Shown here piece after piece: positions 38,933 through 52,060 of a stretch of 64,000 nucleotides of DNA. How positions within the stretch are numbered: the first letter of the stretch is position 1; the number at the start of each line of letters is the position of its first letter. Both the position numbers and the translations under genes were made by a program. Below the pieces are notes generated by a model that was not told where the DNA came from, did no database searches, and was given only the letters and a program-made list of their open reading frames with translations. The stretch is from Sphyrna mokarran (Eukaryota). The DNA lies in assembly GCA_024679065.1 (NCBI GenBank), contig JAGIQG010000002.1, forward strand, positions 71,424,001-71,488,000, in the 5' to 3' direction.

Positions 38933-39784
38933 GTGCTCAATGGGACATCCCATTGACAATGGCAGGACCATAAGATCCTGCCACCAGTGAGAGACGCACA
39001 GCTTCCTGCCATGGAGGAGAATGAATATCCCACTCTTAGTTTATTCATTGCAATTACTTTTCCTGCGCAGTTAGCACAGTAAAATTTAATGTTTTAATGA
39101 GAGCTTATTGATGACAAAAAAATGGGCTGTATTGACAATTATACAGTGCCTTAACCAGACACCAACTCTGGTATCTTTTAAAGACTGTGTCAGAAGTATA
39201 ATGTAAAGTAGGAACATCACAATCCAATCCCATCCTGCATTCACCCAGACATATCCTTCTAGCTGGGGGAGGTGGGAGGTGAATGCAGTGAGAGAGGGAG
39301 GCAAATGTGGAAACAAGTTACTGAAAAAAACTAGAATTTAATTGGTTTATTTTCTCATTATTAACCTGCAGGCAGTGGAAATAATTTGTGTTTCCCCCAT
39401 ATTCACCTTAATTGAGTTCAACGTAGCCCAGGAAATGAAACTGGAGCTGGGAGTTTCTGGTCCCTCCTGCAACGGGTGAGACCAGAAACTTTCACCCAAG
39501 GTCAGTAGAACTCAAGGACACAGAAATCCAGCATAAAAATTTCCTATTCCATAAAGCAACAATACGATATAATTTAAATACAATTATGTTTTTCTACTTT
39601 GATTCATAACAATTGAATATTTAAAAATTATTGATAAGGAAAATAAGAAGTGATAAATGTAAAAATATAGTTCAATTTTTCTGTCTTATTTCACTACTTC
39701 ATTTCCAGTCCTGTCCTTGTAAACAACTAGTTAATTAGGATGGCAGCTTTATTCACTAAAAGAGTTTTGTATAGATTTTGTTTT

Positions 39785-40165
39785 ATTCTTTCATGGGATA
39801 TGGCACCGCTGGCTAGCCAGTATTTCTTGCCCATCTTAATTGTCCTCAAGAAGGTGGTGATGAACTGCCTTCTTGAACCGCTGCGGTTAATGTGGTGTAG
39901 CTACACATCCACAGTGCTATTAGGAAGTGAGTTCTGGGATTTTGACTCAAAAACAGTGAAGAAGCAGTGATTGTTTTCAACTCAGGCTTGGAGGAATATT
40001 TGCAGGTGATGACATCCCCATGTATTTGCTGCCTTTGTCCAACCTCAGTAGTAGAGGGGTTTGAAAGGTGCTGTTGGAGGACCCTTGGTAAGTTGCTGCA
40101 GAGTATCTTGTAGATTGTATATACAACTGCAACTGTACATCAGTGGTGGAGGGAGTGAATGAGAG
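39785..40165 (-). mobile_element. CR1 LINE 3' end fragment
   Basis: ttgcccatcttaattgtcctcaagaaggtggtgatgaactgccttcttgaaccgctgc is typical antisense CR1 3' sequence. Confidence 0.6.
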
Positions 40166-40357
40166 AGGTTACTATTACTTATCTACATATTATTGGTTTT
40201 TAACATGGACAAACTGTACATGCAAGAATGTCTTTGCAACATTCTTTAATCAGTGTATTCTTGATGCTTTTAATAATAAATATTTCAATGACTACATATA
40301 AGTTAATAATCAGTTTGGTCCTCTCTTAAAATAATGATGTATCTGTTTTTTTCTCAG

Positions 40358-40408
40358 AGCTTTGCTGCTCAGTACATCAAACGAGACGAGCTGACACCAG
40401 GAATCCTG
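40358..40408 (+). CDS. COL1A2: COL1A2 exon 6 (51 nt, N-proteinase site and N-telopeptide SFAAQYIKRDELTPGIL)
   Basis: The FAAQY motif matches the procollagen N-proteinase site; cag|...|gtatgc. Confidence 0.92.
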
Positions 40409-42571
40409 GTATGCATTTACGACCTCTTTCTCGATCATTTCACAACACAGTATGGCAAATTTCAAGATCCTACTCCCCCAGTGTGGAAGCCACATTTGAA
40501 GAGATTGTACAGCCTTGATAAAGTTACAAGATTGTAGCTATGATTATTCAGCCTACATTTCTGAGAAGTGTGGCTGATCACTGGGACAGTAGGATTGAAG
40601 GAATAGTCTTTACGTCATTCTGTATCTGAATGTTCTTGTTTCATTTAAGTGTCCTGAAAATGAATCATGTATTATTTGAACATATTACTTAAAAAAACTG
40701 AAACCATACATTGGCTGAAATTTTCCAGCCATTCACACTAGCAGGATTCTCTGGTCCTGCTGCAGGGAACAGAGATTCGGCCTCTAACTTTAAAGTGTGC
40801 AAGCAATAGAATTTTTTTAATATAAAGAAGCATTAGAAACACCAAAATATACATGAAAAACACCAGAATATAGTTGAAAGGATGAACTTAAGCTGTTACA
40901 TCATCTTGTCATTACCAAGATCATCTTTACTCCTTGTATCAAGGAATTGCCAGTTGTTCAATATTATTAAGTTATTTTATAATTAATCTTTAATATGATG
41001 GCTGAATGTAAGGAAACATTTCAATATGAACTACTCCCCAGACTATTTATTTTGAGGTGTGACAAAAAGACCTACAGACAATGCCATTACTTTTAGTACG
41101 GTATCTCCCCAGCATGCTTATTTGCCATTTTGTTCTAGACTCTTATCAAATGCCTCTCCAAGCAGTTAGTCTAATGATGTGAGTTACAAACGTTTCCAGG
41201 AACAGCTCCATAGTATAACACAAAATTCAGAATTTGAAACAGGTTGGACACTAATTCAGTGGTCCATGGTCAAAGGAAATGTTGGGTTTTCACATCTCTG
41301 TATCCAAGAAGAAATCCAAATAGCAGGTTTCCACTGACTTAAAGTTTAATAATAAATTTTGTATAAATTCCTTATTTCTGACATTAAATTGATCATAATA
41401 GTGTTTCGCTAAATCTCCCCAAGCACATAAGACATAACAAACCCTGTAATGCCTCTCCAAACTAAGGTAGTAGGCAATGGCCATTAAGGGATATATTAGG
41501 TATTTTCACTCACTTTGTTTGTCTCCACTTAGGTTAGTTTAGTAGAATTAATTTAAATCAAAACTTGACAATGGTCAAGAAACCACTGGCAAAATAAAGA
41601 TAAAGTAGATGAGCATGAATAAAAATATCTCACACAGCTTATTCTCGCCTTGTTACCAGAAGATTTGTTTCTATTCTCATTTTGCGACAGTAAACAAATT
41701 ATAATTAGAACACAGTTAAAAATATTTTCCTTTGTCACTCTATTTTGGGCAGTTCCCTTTTAACATACACATTTCTTTTGATCTCCACTTCCCATTGTGA
41801 GCTTTGGGTAGTTGGCAGTCACCTCTATCAGAATGTTTAAGATCCATTCCAGCATTTCAGCAAAAATCTAAGCTCAGACTTGGGGCAGTACTAACGGGGT
41901 GTTACATTGTTGAAGATGGGCACTTCAGGTGACCCAGAAATGAACAAACTGATTACTTATCTCACTTTTTGGTAAGAATAATTGGCTGTGACTTTTATCC
42001 AAATTAGAACTCACTGCATTTAAGTATAACTTATTGTGAGGCTCCTTGAGATGTTTGCGAGGCACAATAAAGTCCTATGTAAATCGAAATGTTCATCTTT
42101 ACTTTTAACTGGTAGAAAACTAAATATGTAAATGTAGGTTAATTTGTTTGAAACATAACAAATAAAAATACAGCTAACAAATAGGAAAATAGGAAATCTG
42201 AAATAAAAACAGAAAACACAGGACTCAGCTGGCCTGTCAGCAACAGTGGAGAAAGAAACAGAGTGATCTTGTGACTTTTCGTCAGAGCCCTTATCTTTTA
42301 AATACTTTCAGTTCAGTTAAATGATCACCCAATGTTTGATTCACTATGGAATAAATTTCTGCTCCGTGCCATCTGCTTATGAAGACTAAAGTCTAAAGAC
42401 AGTCAAAAAATAATACAATAATATAAATTGTTTGTAAGTCATCATCATCACCCCAATTTTATCTGTCTTGCCTCCAACTATATTGTGTTTCTGTTTCAAA
42501 AGCTTGCCTTGCTGTTTTGACACTGATTAGCGTTGTATGTACTAATTCCAATATGTTCTTTATTTCTTCAG

Positions 42572-42616
42572 GGACCAATGGGACCAAAAGGCCCACAAGG
42601 AGCCCCTGGTGCCCCT
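42572..42616 (+). CDS. COL1A2: COL1A2 exon 7 (45 nt)
   Basis: GPMGPKGPQGAPGAP; ag/gtaagt. Confidence 0.95.
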
Positions 42617-42777
42617 GTAAGTTTTACAACTTTTTGATATTTTTCTCTTGCTCAATTATTATTGAAACTATGCAACACATTGTACTACCTCCATTTGAAA
42701 TTACTATGTTTAATGATTATTTTAGATATCTCAGACTTCCAAAAAATCTTGAATCAAATGCATTTGTTCACTTCCAG

Positions 42778-42831
42778 GGTTCACCCGGCCCCCCAGGAAT
42801 TCCAGGCATTACAGGTGAAGCTGGTGCAAGT
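42778..42831 (+). CDS. COL1A2: COL1A2 exon 8 (54 nt)
   Basis: GSPGPPGIPGITGEAGAS; ag/gtaagt. Confidence 0.95.
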
Positions 42832-42936
42832 GTAAGTACATGTTTGAATTAGCAGTTTCATTTTGTGACAACTTAAGTAATTTGTGATTTTTTTTCATAA
42901 TTATTTTGATTATCTTTTCATCTCTTTACTCACTAG

Positions 42937-42990
42937 GGTCCACATGGTCCTCGTGGTCCTCAAGGTGTACCTGGAAAACCTGGTGAAGAT
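42937..42990 (+). CDS. COL1A2: COL1A2 exon 9 (54 nt)
   Basis: GPHGPRGPQGVPGKPGED; ag/gtaagt. Confidence 0.95.
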
Positions 42991-44621
42991 GTAAGTATAG
43001 ATTATGAAGAAGTGAAATAGGAACCATGGCAGCATTTTTAAATGTTCTCAGCTCCCTGAATGGCAACTATATGTATCAATCAGATAACATCACTCATTGG
43101 GATGCCTCACCCTATCTGAAATTGGTTATCAGTCACGTTTTGTTGCCAAGCAATGGCAATGTCCAGAGAAAATAAAACAGAGTTAAGTTCTGAATAATTG
43201 AAGGAAGTCTCTAGAAACTAGAGCTGGATATTTGGATAATTCTGAACTGCAAATTGAGTACGCCACACACTTTCTCATCCCGTTAGAAATTTGTTGAATT
43301 TCATGTACAAAATTGAATTTATAGAAACTATTTCTGAAACCCAGAGCTACGATGTTAGTCCTATCATAGTGATTTTTCCTTATACTAAACGGCATACTTC
43401 AAAGAATTACTATGTTGTCAAATAGCTCTGCAGTTTTGACTTGGACATAGTTCCATTAATAGAAATCTGCAACTGCTTGTGTTTCGTTTTCTGCTTTGTG
43501 CCAAAGATAAGAGCTTACACTGGAGTGTAAATAAGTATCAAGAGGTGGGATTTTGCAGCTGCACTTACCCCAAAACCAGAAAATCCTACTCGAGATCAAT
43601 GGACCTTTGCATGGTCTGTGCCCCCTCATCCTCACCTCCCTGCGCGCTATGATTCCCATGGCAGGTGGGATGGGAAAATTCCCCTCCAAAGGTATTTCAC
43701 AATAAGATAAATTGACAGTATTACTAAGACATATATTATTTTTCCTTTCTGTGACTGACAAACATCTGCCTTCTTAGAATCTCATCAAATAATAAATTAA
43801 TTAATGTTACAGGGGAAATTGGTCTCTGCCAGAAGTACAGATTAGCAGCTAATTTTTAATCACTCCTGACCTCCTTTTCATAAGTTTCCAGAATGACAGT
43901 TCGGACTCTTTGGTGACTCATTTTGTGGTCTCACGATTACTTTTATTTGATTTGAAATGAAAAATCTTGGCAATATTTTCACAAGTTGATGGAAACTAAA
44001 AAGTGGCAGTTCACTATAAGCCAGTTTTGTCACCGCATCCCCTGCCCCCTAATCCCCTCATTACCCTGATCGAAAGAATAGCTAATCATCTGTTGCCAGT
44101 GCTTATTGGTTTCTGTAACCAGCATAATGCTGATGAGCACCTGAGGAATTCAAATCAACCTCCCCATTATAGAGAAACAAGCTTAGTTTCTCTCTGCAAG
44201 CTGGGGGTCTAGATAAAATCAAAAGTAAGCCAGTGGCAAATTTGAGACTTATCTGTCCAGGGTACAGTTTTAGGAATTTCCCTTCAGTTTGCCTCCCAAA
44301 AAAAATGAATTTAGCTATCATCTAATCTAGAGATCAAAAAGGCAATTGGATGCACCATGTTGGATGTTAGCATTTTGGTATATGATCCTGAAAATCTATT
44401 CATCCAACTGCAAACAATTCAAAAATGTTTAACGTATGAATATCCTATCAATAGTTGTAAATGTTCCAGAAGTAAATACATTAACTGTATATTTTACCAT
44501 ATAGAAGCACATTTCACATACCTGAATTACAATATAATTACCTTATTGTACAAATATATGTGTATTTCTTCTTTAATGGATGCAGTATTAATATTAAAAA
44601 TATTTGACTTTTTTCTAACAG

Positions 44622-44675
44622 GGTTCAAATGGCAAACCTGGCAAATCTGGCGATCGTGGTATTGCTGGACCTCAG
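44622..44675 (+). CDS. COL1A2: COL1A2 exon 10 (54 nt)
   Basis: GSNGKPGKSGDRGIAGPQ; ag/gtaagt. Confidence 0.95.
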
Positions 44676-44854
44676 GTAAGTGATACTGCCACATAAGTTT
44701 TATCTGTGCAATCTATTATCACCAGAAGGTGCTGATCTTCCAGTTCAATGCAAATATTTATTTCTTACTTTTTTTTTAACTAAACAGCCATAGCAACAGT
44801 GTCAGATCTTTCCACTTTGATGATTGGGTTGTTTTCTGTGCTTCCTTTACATAG

Positions 44855-44908
44855 GGTGCTCGTGGTTTCCCAGGAACCCCTGGTCTCCCCGGCAGGAAAG
44901 GACACCGA
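44855..44908 (+). CDS. COL1A2: COL1A2 exon 11 (54 nt, helical cross-link Lys87 in KGHR)
   Basis: GARGFPGTPGLPGRKGHR; the Lys falls at helix residue 87 by triplet count. Confidence 0.95.
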
Positions 44909-45003
44909 GTGAGTCAGCAATTTCATTTTTGATACCTTTGATAGCTTTTTTTCTACCCTGTATGTTTAACTGACATGTTTCATTATCTTCCACTTTACAA
45001 CAG

Positions 45004-45057
45004 GGTTTCAATGGTTTGGATGGAATTAAGGGAGAGCCTGGTGTCGCTGGTGAGAAG
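45004..45057 (+). CDS. COL1A2: COL1A2 exon 12 (54 nt)
   Basis: GFNGLDGIKGEPGVAGEK; ag/gt. Confidence 0.95.
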
Positions 45058-48000
45058 GTACAGCAATGATCGAGTTACAGTCTGAGTTTTAAAATATTAG
45101 TTGGGAAGTATATCAAACAAATGTTTTTTTTTCTAAATTTCAACATATAACAATATACCAGGAAATTAAACAGAAAACTGTTAACGCTTTCTGTGCATGT
45201 TGAGGTGTCATTTTTGACATTTCAAATATTAGTGAAAACTAGACATGAGTATAAAACTGAATGTGCAATATCACACTCATTTCACTGGGAAATAGAGTGT
45301 CCAGAAGCAGAAAATACAATTAGTGTCTTGAAGGAGAGTACGGATTACTCAAATTGTAAGATCCCTTGTAAAGGGCAGGTTTAGAATTTTGTCACATGGA
45401 CCCCATTGTGAAAATCTTCCTTCACTGATAATTCAGCTAAAACTAAGAAGGTCATTTCTTGTCATTTTTAATCTTATGTCTGAATTGTTCACTACTGCCC
45501 ACTTCCAGATCCTAATACTGATGTAGATCTCTTACAATGTAGATCTCTTCTGCTATATGGGTTTTCCTGGATATCTAAGCTCTTAGTGTAGATCCTGCAT
45601 GTAGTTCTTTCCTCTATATGTCTAAGGTACATCTTTTTAGTTACATTGTTAGCATTACTGCTATACTGTAACAACTAGCCTTTCATATGCCACAGCATCC
45701 TATTAAGCGACATCAGTGTTGCACTGAATATGTGATATATCAAAATATGCCATAAAATAAAGAGTTAAGGCAGTCATTTGCAGCTAACACCATTGCATAA
45801 AGGATTCATAAGGCACTTGGTTGAACAGATTTCCTCTTCAATTTCCACGCCAGTCCCAAAATTAAAGGCTTCATGATTCTCAATTATAAAGACACCCATA
45901 GAACAAGACTGATTAATATCAAGGAGCAATCATTCAAATAGAACAGAGATAAATAGCTATGGTCTTACCTGATACCCCAGGAATTGTAACCTGGCTGGAG
46001 GTATCAGACACAACGCTTATTGTTAAACAGAATTAAATTATGTGGCTGTGACTCATACAAAAGAGTACAATACCAAATATGGCCAGAAACTGCTTTGTTT
46101 AGTTATTCCCCATAGTTGTGGTTTGAAATGGCAAATGTTCTTTCTGCAGCACATATGTGAGAAGTTACTGTACTGGAAGGGTAATGATTCATTCATTGTC
46201 AAAAGGAAATATATTTTAGCTTCGTAGCCATGTATATCCCAGAGCAGAAATGAGAAACAGATTGATAACTTTAGGGCCATTAATTGTTCACCTAACAGAA
46301 CATGATAAATGATACAAATCAAATGTTTGCTGTTTCATCATATCTTTAAGACATTGGAAGCTGCTTTGGGATTTTGAAACTGCAGTAAACAGGGGACATA
46401 CTTTAAATATATATTTAAGTTCACCATGCAACGACCAAAATAGTTCCCCAACAGACATGCCAGATGTAATTCTCTGGCTTCCCAACACCATGGATGCAAG
46501 TTGCCCATGAGCAGTCCACAGAGGTTAGGCAATTAGAGGGAAAAGTGATAGCACTCCCTCCCTGCCTCCCCACTCATCCTCCCCCTTCCAATTTCTTACT
46601 CTTGGTGGATGCACATCCCACTCAGAGCCCAGAATTGACCCAGAAGTGTCTTCTTGACAGCAGACTGGGAGCCATTGAAACCTCCTTTCAATTGCCTCAA
46701 TCAATGGAGTTTCTGCTACACAACATCATCAGCCTGACAGTTGTGCCAATGTTTAATTTTTTAATGTCTTACAATGTTACATTTTAAGGCATCTTCAAGA
46801 TTTTCTCCCTGTCTCAGCATCGCCCACCTCTCCCAGTGTGGCTATCAGCCAGATAGTATTGCAGGCCTTCTAATTGGATCTTGTACTTGCTTGATTTGCC
46901 CACCATCCTTAATTGGATGGGACTTCCAGAAGCAGCTTCTTAACTGGTTGTCTCCAGGAAGATTGCGTTCAATGTCCTCCCACCATCACTTTCGGGTTTC
47001 CCATCTTAAATTACGGCCAACTTTGGGATCATGAAATTTCAGCCTTCTATAGTTAATGATTTCTTTTAGATAACTTGATGCTATATAGCAACTTGCTACA
47101 AGAATCAGAAATGCTTATTTTCTATTGAATCATCTCAGAAGTTTCAAAATTTACATATCATGATTCCATTGAAGAATCCCCAGCGATTGGAGATTTAACA
47201 ATGATCATGGCAGATAGTAAGAATCTGGTATTATTTCTGCTTTGAATCATATTTCTGATAAATCGAAAAAGAAAATGTTTATTAAAACTGAATCCAGGTA
47301 CACTGCATAAACATTTCTTTGCTTTTGTTTGATAAGGGCAAATCTTTCTTTTTCCTTCCCTACCCTGCACTTATTTTTATCAAGCCTTTTGGTTCAGCCC
47401 TAGAGCAAAATATGAAAAGATTATTACAGTATAGAGTCATAACAGGGCAAAGAAATTCACATCAATATCCTTCAGTTTTATGAAAATGATACTTTACACA
47501 TTATGCAGAGTAAAAGTAGTAAATTGAATGGTAGAATTCTCTGTTCTCTTATATCTTGTTGTTATCTTGCAGCAGATGTAAGTGGAAAAATGTTATTACC
47601 ATTTAACATCACCATGTTAGCATTCTCTTCCTCAACCAATGAGGAAGTGATGGACAGTCTGACTCATCCTGAGTTAAAGTTGTTTGCTTCAAGTAAAATA
47701 ATAATTTAACTTCTTAGTATTGCATTTACAATTAACCCTGCCATTTGCATTACTTTATTCAAATTAGTAGATATTTTTGAATCTTCTCTGTCAAAAAAAT
47801 GACTGACCTTTATCAGGATTAGTCTGTAAATGGATTATCTCTGTTACTAAATATGAGCATTGAGGAATCTCTAAGCTACAAACAGAGCCTATGTCATTCA
47901 TCACTGCAGTAGATTTTCCACTGTTATCAGAACAATGAGCATGTGCATTTCTCAATACTGTGAAGAAAGTACAGAGCAAAGCAAAATTTCTTTTGATTAT

Positions 48001-48151
48001 GCTTGTTTCAAAGTTAGGTAGTAATGTATTTTGCAAAAATTGGGATCTTTGTCCCAAGGTAAGATTAGGAAGTTTCATACGCTTTCTTGTGGTAATAGTA
48101 TTGTAGTCAGCAAGAAGTAAAATAAATGTTCCTTTCTTTATTTTTTCCCAG

Positions 48152-48196
48152 GGTGAAGTTGGTAACCCAGGAGCAAATGGTAATCCAGGACTCGCG
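48152..48196 (+). CDS. COL1A2: COL1A2 exon 13 (45 nt)
   Basis: GEVGNPGANGNPGLA; ag/gtatgt. Confidence 0.95.
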
Positions 48197-48332
48197 GTAT
48201 GTGTTCCATCATTCAAAATATAAAAATAATGCTAATCACATACCACAAAATCCTTACCATAATTTTGTACCTATGTTATGTAAAGCACTTAAAACTAAAC
48301 GGAGTAAAAATAAACACTTTTTTTGCCAACAG

Positions 48333-48386
48333 GGCCTTCGTGGTAGTGCAGGCGAGAGAGGTCGTCCTGGAGCTGCTGGCCCCGCT
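48333..48386 (+). CDS. COL1A2: COL1A2 exon 14 (54 nt)
   Basis: GLRGSAGERGRPGAAGPA; ag/gtgagt. Confidence 0.95.
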
Positions 48387-48417
48387 GTGAGTTTCAAGCT
48401 TTTAATATTTTCTCTGT

Positions 48418-48660
48418 TCATAAGTTCATAAGACATAGGAGTAGAATTAAGCCATTCAGTCCATCAAGTCCACTCTGCCATTCGATCATGACTGATCTGC
48501 TCCTCATCCTCATTTTCCTGCCTTCTCCCTTTAACATCACTATTTCAACCCATTACCAATTAAAAATTTGTCTAACTCCTCCTTAAATTTACCAGCATCC
48601 ACTTTGCTTTGGGATAGTGAATTCCACAGATTCACAACCTTTGAGGGAAGTGGTTCTACC
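48418..48660 (-). mobile_element. CR1 LINE 3' tail
   Basis: cataagttcataagacataggagtagaattaagccattcag...gaattccacagattcacaacc. Confidence 0.65.
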
Positions 48661-49052
48661 TATTGGTATCCCTAGGTAGAATCCCTAGGTAGTTCATGGA
48701 ACTGCATGAAACGAGAGGCAGATCAGACTATTCAGCTTGGTGATTCATAGCCCTTATAATTATTTACTTATTAATTGACAAATCAGCCTTCAGATTGAAT
48801 GAGGATATGTTTTAACATCACCATTAATGTTTTTGAATATTCTGAATTGTATGCCATTAAAATAGTTTTCTAAGATGCGTTTTTTCTATTTGTAATACTA
48901 TATTGTAATCCTTTCTAACATTTTCATGAAAGCTTTTATTTCAGTGTTTATGCTTATTTTCAATGGGATGCCTATTGACCATTTGTCTTACAAGATTGAG
49001 CATTCATAAGTTTTAGTAAATTTAATAATACAATTTTTGTGTTTCCTTTAAG

Positions 49053-49097
49053 GGTTCCCGAGGCAGTGATGGTATGACTGGACCTGCCGGCCCTCCT
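49053..49097 (+). CDS. COL1A2: COL1A2 exon 15 (45 nt)
   Basis: GSRGSDGMTGPAGPP; ag/gtaagt. Confidence 0.95.
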
Positions 49098-49849
49098 GTA
49101 AGTATGCAAATAAAATTTAATTAATCATTAAATTGATAAATGCACAATTATTAACAAATTACAAGAGTGATTCTGCAATACAATATCCTCAGTGGAGAGT
49201 CACAGTCTCTAGCAAAGCGAAGAGTGAATACTGGGCAACATACTGTATAGCTAGCTGATGACTTCATTGTATAACCCAAATGTATGTGTCCAGCATCCAT
49301 ACAATGAAAGCCTAAAATGTAAGAAAAACATTTCTGTTGCCTGGGCCAGAACAGCCTTAGAGCCCTCAGTAATGCCAGTGACAAAATTTGTGATAGTCTG
49401 CTACATACTGCACAACCCTACCATTATAAGGCCAAAGATCTTACTAGCAGCTACATAGTAGCCATTTGAGGTACAAAATGATGAGAAGGAGAATCAGGAG
49501 AATGTGAAAGGAAAGGAAGAAAAGGAAGGAACAATTCAGGCATTTGCTATCTGTCATTGACTTAACTAAGAGCAATATTAGTAACTGCAATCCAGTTTCC
49601 TCCATTCACAAACCTTTACCTTCTATCTGTCACTGACCATCACAGTGTCCACCGGCCACAATGATAGAATAGAAGTCATCACAAAAGAAACCAGATTTAA
49701 AAGTGAAATCATATAGCATACAAAAGTTAATTAACCTCCCTTGCATATTCCCTCAGTGCCTGTCCTCTGTGTGCCTCTGCCTCTCCTACAGCAGAATTTT
49801 ACACCAGCTGGGATTTTACAATACCGTCAAAGTCAATGTAGTTTTAAAC

Positions 49850-52060
49850 AGATTGCACATTTTACAGCCCCACCCCCACCACAATGTAGTTACAAAATTC
49901 CACTCATAGTGCTCCTACTCAATACAACCCCAGTGGCAACAGCAAGTGGAAGGCAGCAGACTTACACGCTGGCAGATTGCAGGTGGAGTGGCAGGGCCCC
50001 CTTGAGCAGCTCCAGGTCTTGAGTGCCTCACTGCAGCATCTCAGCTGGATGGCATCAGTCTGAGCTGCCTGGCTGACAGGCGACAATAAGGACACTAGTG
50101 GAGTGTTAGAAATGGGAAGATAAGTGCTGTCTTCCTGAGAGGAGACCAGTTTGGTGCCTCCTGGAGCCATTGACACTCTCGAAGCCAATGACTCAGAAAT
50201 CCTAATAAAATAAGAGAACAGACTACAAAGTCAGAAGGTAGTGGAGGCAGGAAACCTTACAACCTTTAAAAAATATACGGATGAGCTCTTGAAATATTAT
50301 AACATTCAAGGATATAGGATAAGTACAGTAAAATGGGATTAGAGTGCCTTTAGTGGTAGTTGTTAGCAGTGCAGACCCAATGGGCCGAAGGGCCTTTTCT
50401 GCACTGTATAACTCTATGGGCAGGATCTCCTGGCTGCATTCGATCCAAGAACAGAAAACCCTGCCTGAGATCAATGGATCTTTGCATGGTCAGCCCCACC
50501 GCCCACTACAGTTCCCGTGGCAGGCAGCATATGGACTCTGTGCAGGACTGCTGTGAGGTTCTGAAATTCCCTTTGAACATTGTAGTCTACAGCCTTGATA
50601 ACAGTAAGCTGACCTTGCATGATAGCAAGCTGAACTTTCACTGCAGCAGCCAGACATTGGGTGGCTGCTGCTTCTGCTGCACTGGAAGTTGTGACTTTAA
50701 CCATCAGTTGCTTTGTTATACTTGAGTCCACAAGTATTCTCAAGGAGAATACATTGACACCATTTCCAAGTCGAAAATAATGGGCTCCAAGCTCTGTGTG
50801 AAGTCTTGTGTCGAATTAGTGTTGGATTCCTTCATGCTTCTGGACATTGTTCACAGGATTTCAGATGGACTTACAATGCAGTAAGTGTTTAGTTGTGTAT
50901 GCCCATTCAACATGCATCTGCAGACTGCCCCATTGAAGTACTCATCTGAGTCCTAGGCAACAGAACTTGTCTAAAACTGAGCCTTCAGTAAGCTGGCAGC
51001 TGTGCTCCCCTTGTTCTGCCTTTTTGGGTCACTCAGACCCAGTATCATTACCACATGCAGATCTCACCTCAGTATGACTCTTTGCTTGGTGTTTTTCCAG
51101 TGCCAGGCCAAGTTTCATTTTTTAGATATCTGAAAGGAGAAATACACAATTTAGAATTATACTAGCGGGAAAGGGGAAAGTAAGTATTGTGTGTCTACAC
51201 CATTTACAAATTCCAAATCAGAAAAAAGTGTAGAAAGATGAGGAGGAGGAAGAGAAACTGGATTGGGTATGAGGCTATCTTTATCTTTAATAGTTTCATC
51301 CCCTTTAGTAGCTCAATCCTCAGCAATCACTATTCCCATAATAGTTAGTATCACCTCCTCCATGAGGCTTAAGACAAACAGGCTCACCTGTCTCTGTCTG
51401 GTTTGCTACTACAGTTGTCCACAAACTTATCTTGCAAAGAAGAGGGAAGTGTATCAGTGAGTGTGGTGCAGTCTGCTGTCTCTTTGGATATAATGGCTGC
51501 CAGTGTGTGAAAGGTATGGGATATGGGTATGAAGATTGCAAAGGTGCTAATAGTATGAAATAGTATGAAAGTATGAAAATAGTATGAAAGGCACATCGGA
51601 ATGTTGGGCATTGATATCAATTGTTGGTAGGTGAGAATTAGTCATAGTAAATTAAGCAGGGTGAGAGGTTGAGTGGAGTTGCTGGAATATGGCATTTGAA
51701 GATATATAAATCTTGCTCACTGAGGAGATGTGTTAAAATCTCACAGCACTGTATTCAGATCCTTAGGGTTTGACCCCTGGCACTGATCTCTATAACTATC
51801 AGCTCTCACAGTCTCCTGTGAGTTGGTCTTGTGGACTATATGGCCCCCTGCAAACAGAAGACATATCTCCTCCTCTGCCTCTTAACCAAGGTCTCCAATG
51901 CAGCCTTCTTATACTCATAGAGCCCAACCTCTCTATTTGATTCTCTAATAATCCCTGGTCAGATCACTTCTTGCATGACTAACAGCACCTGTTTCAGCCA
52001 TAAGGCAGCCTCACTTAAAGAAGCTCAAGGTTAGGTTTAAACACTGCAGACAGATTAGCT
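49850..52060 (-). mobile_element. Decayed Harbinger Myb/SANT-like ORF remnants with nested CR1 tail and MITE, in intron 15
   Basis: Minus strand at about 51720-51930 reads ALETLVKRQ... and IVIEISARGQTLRI*IQCC, resembling the Myb/SANT-like protein of Harbinger elements. A coiled-coil-like stretch lies at about 50560-50700 and a CR1 3' end at about 50235-50415. Confidence 0.45.

Noticed and set aside
30597-40408. Identification as COL1A1, COL2A1 or COL3A1
   Set aside because: I found no cysteine-rich VWC exon. The signal peptide MLSFVDTR, two microexons and FAAQY fit COL1A2 despite some alpha1-like helix motifs.
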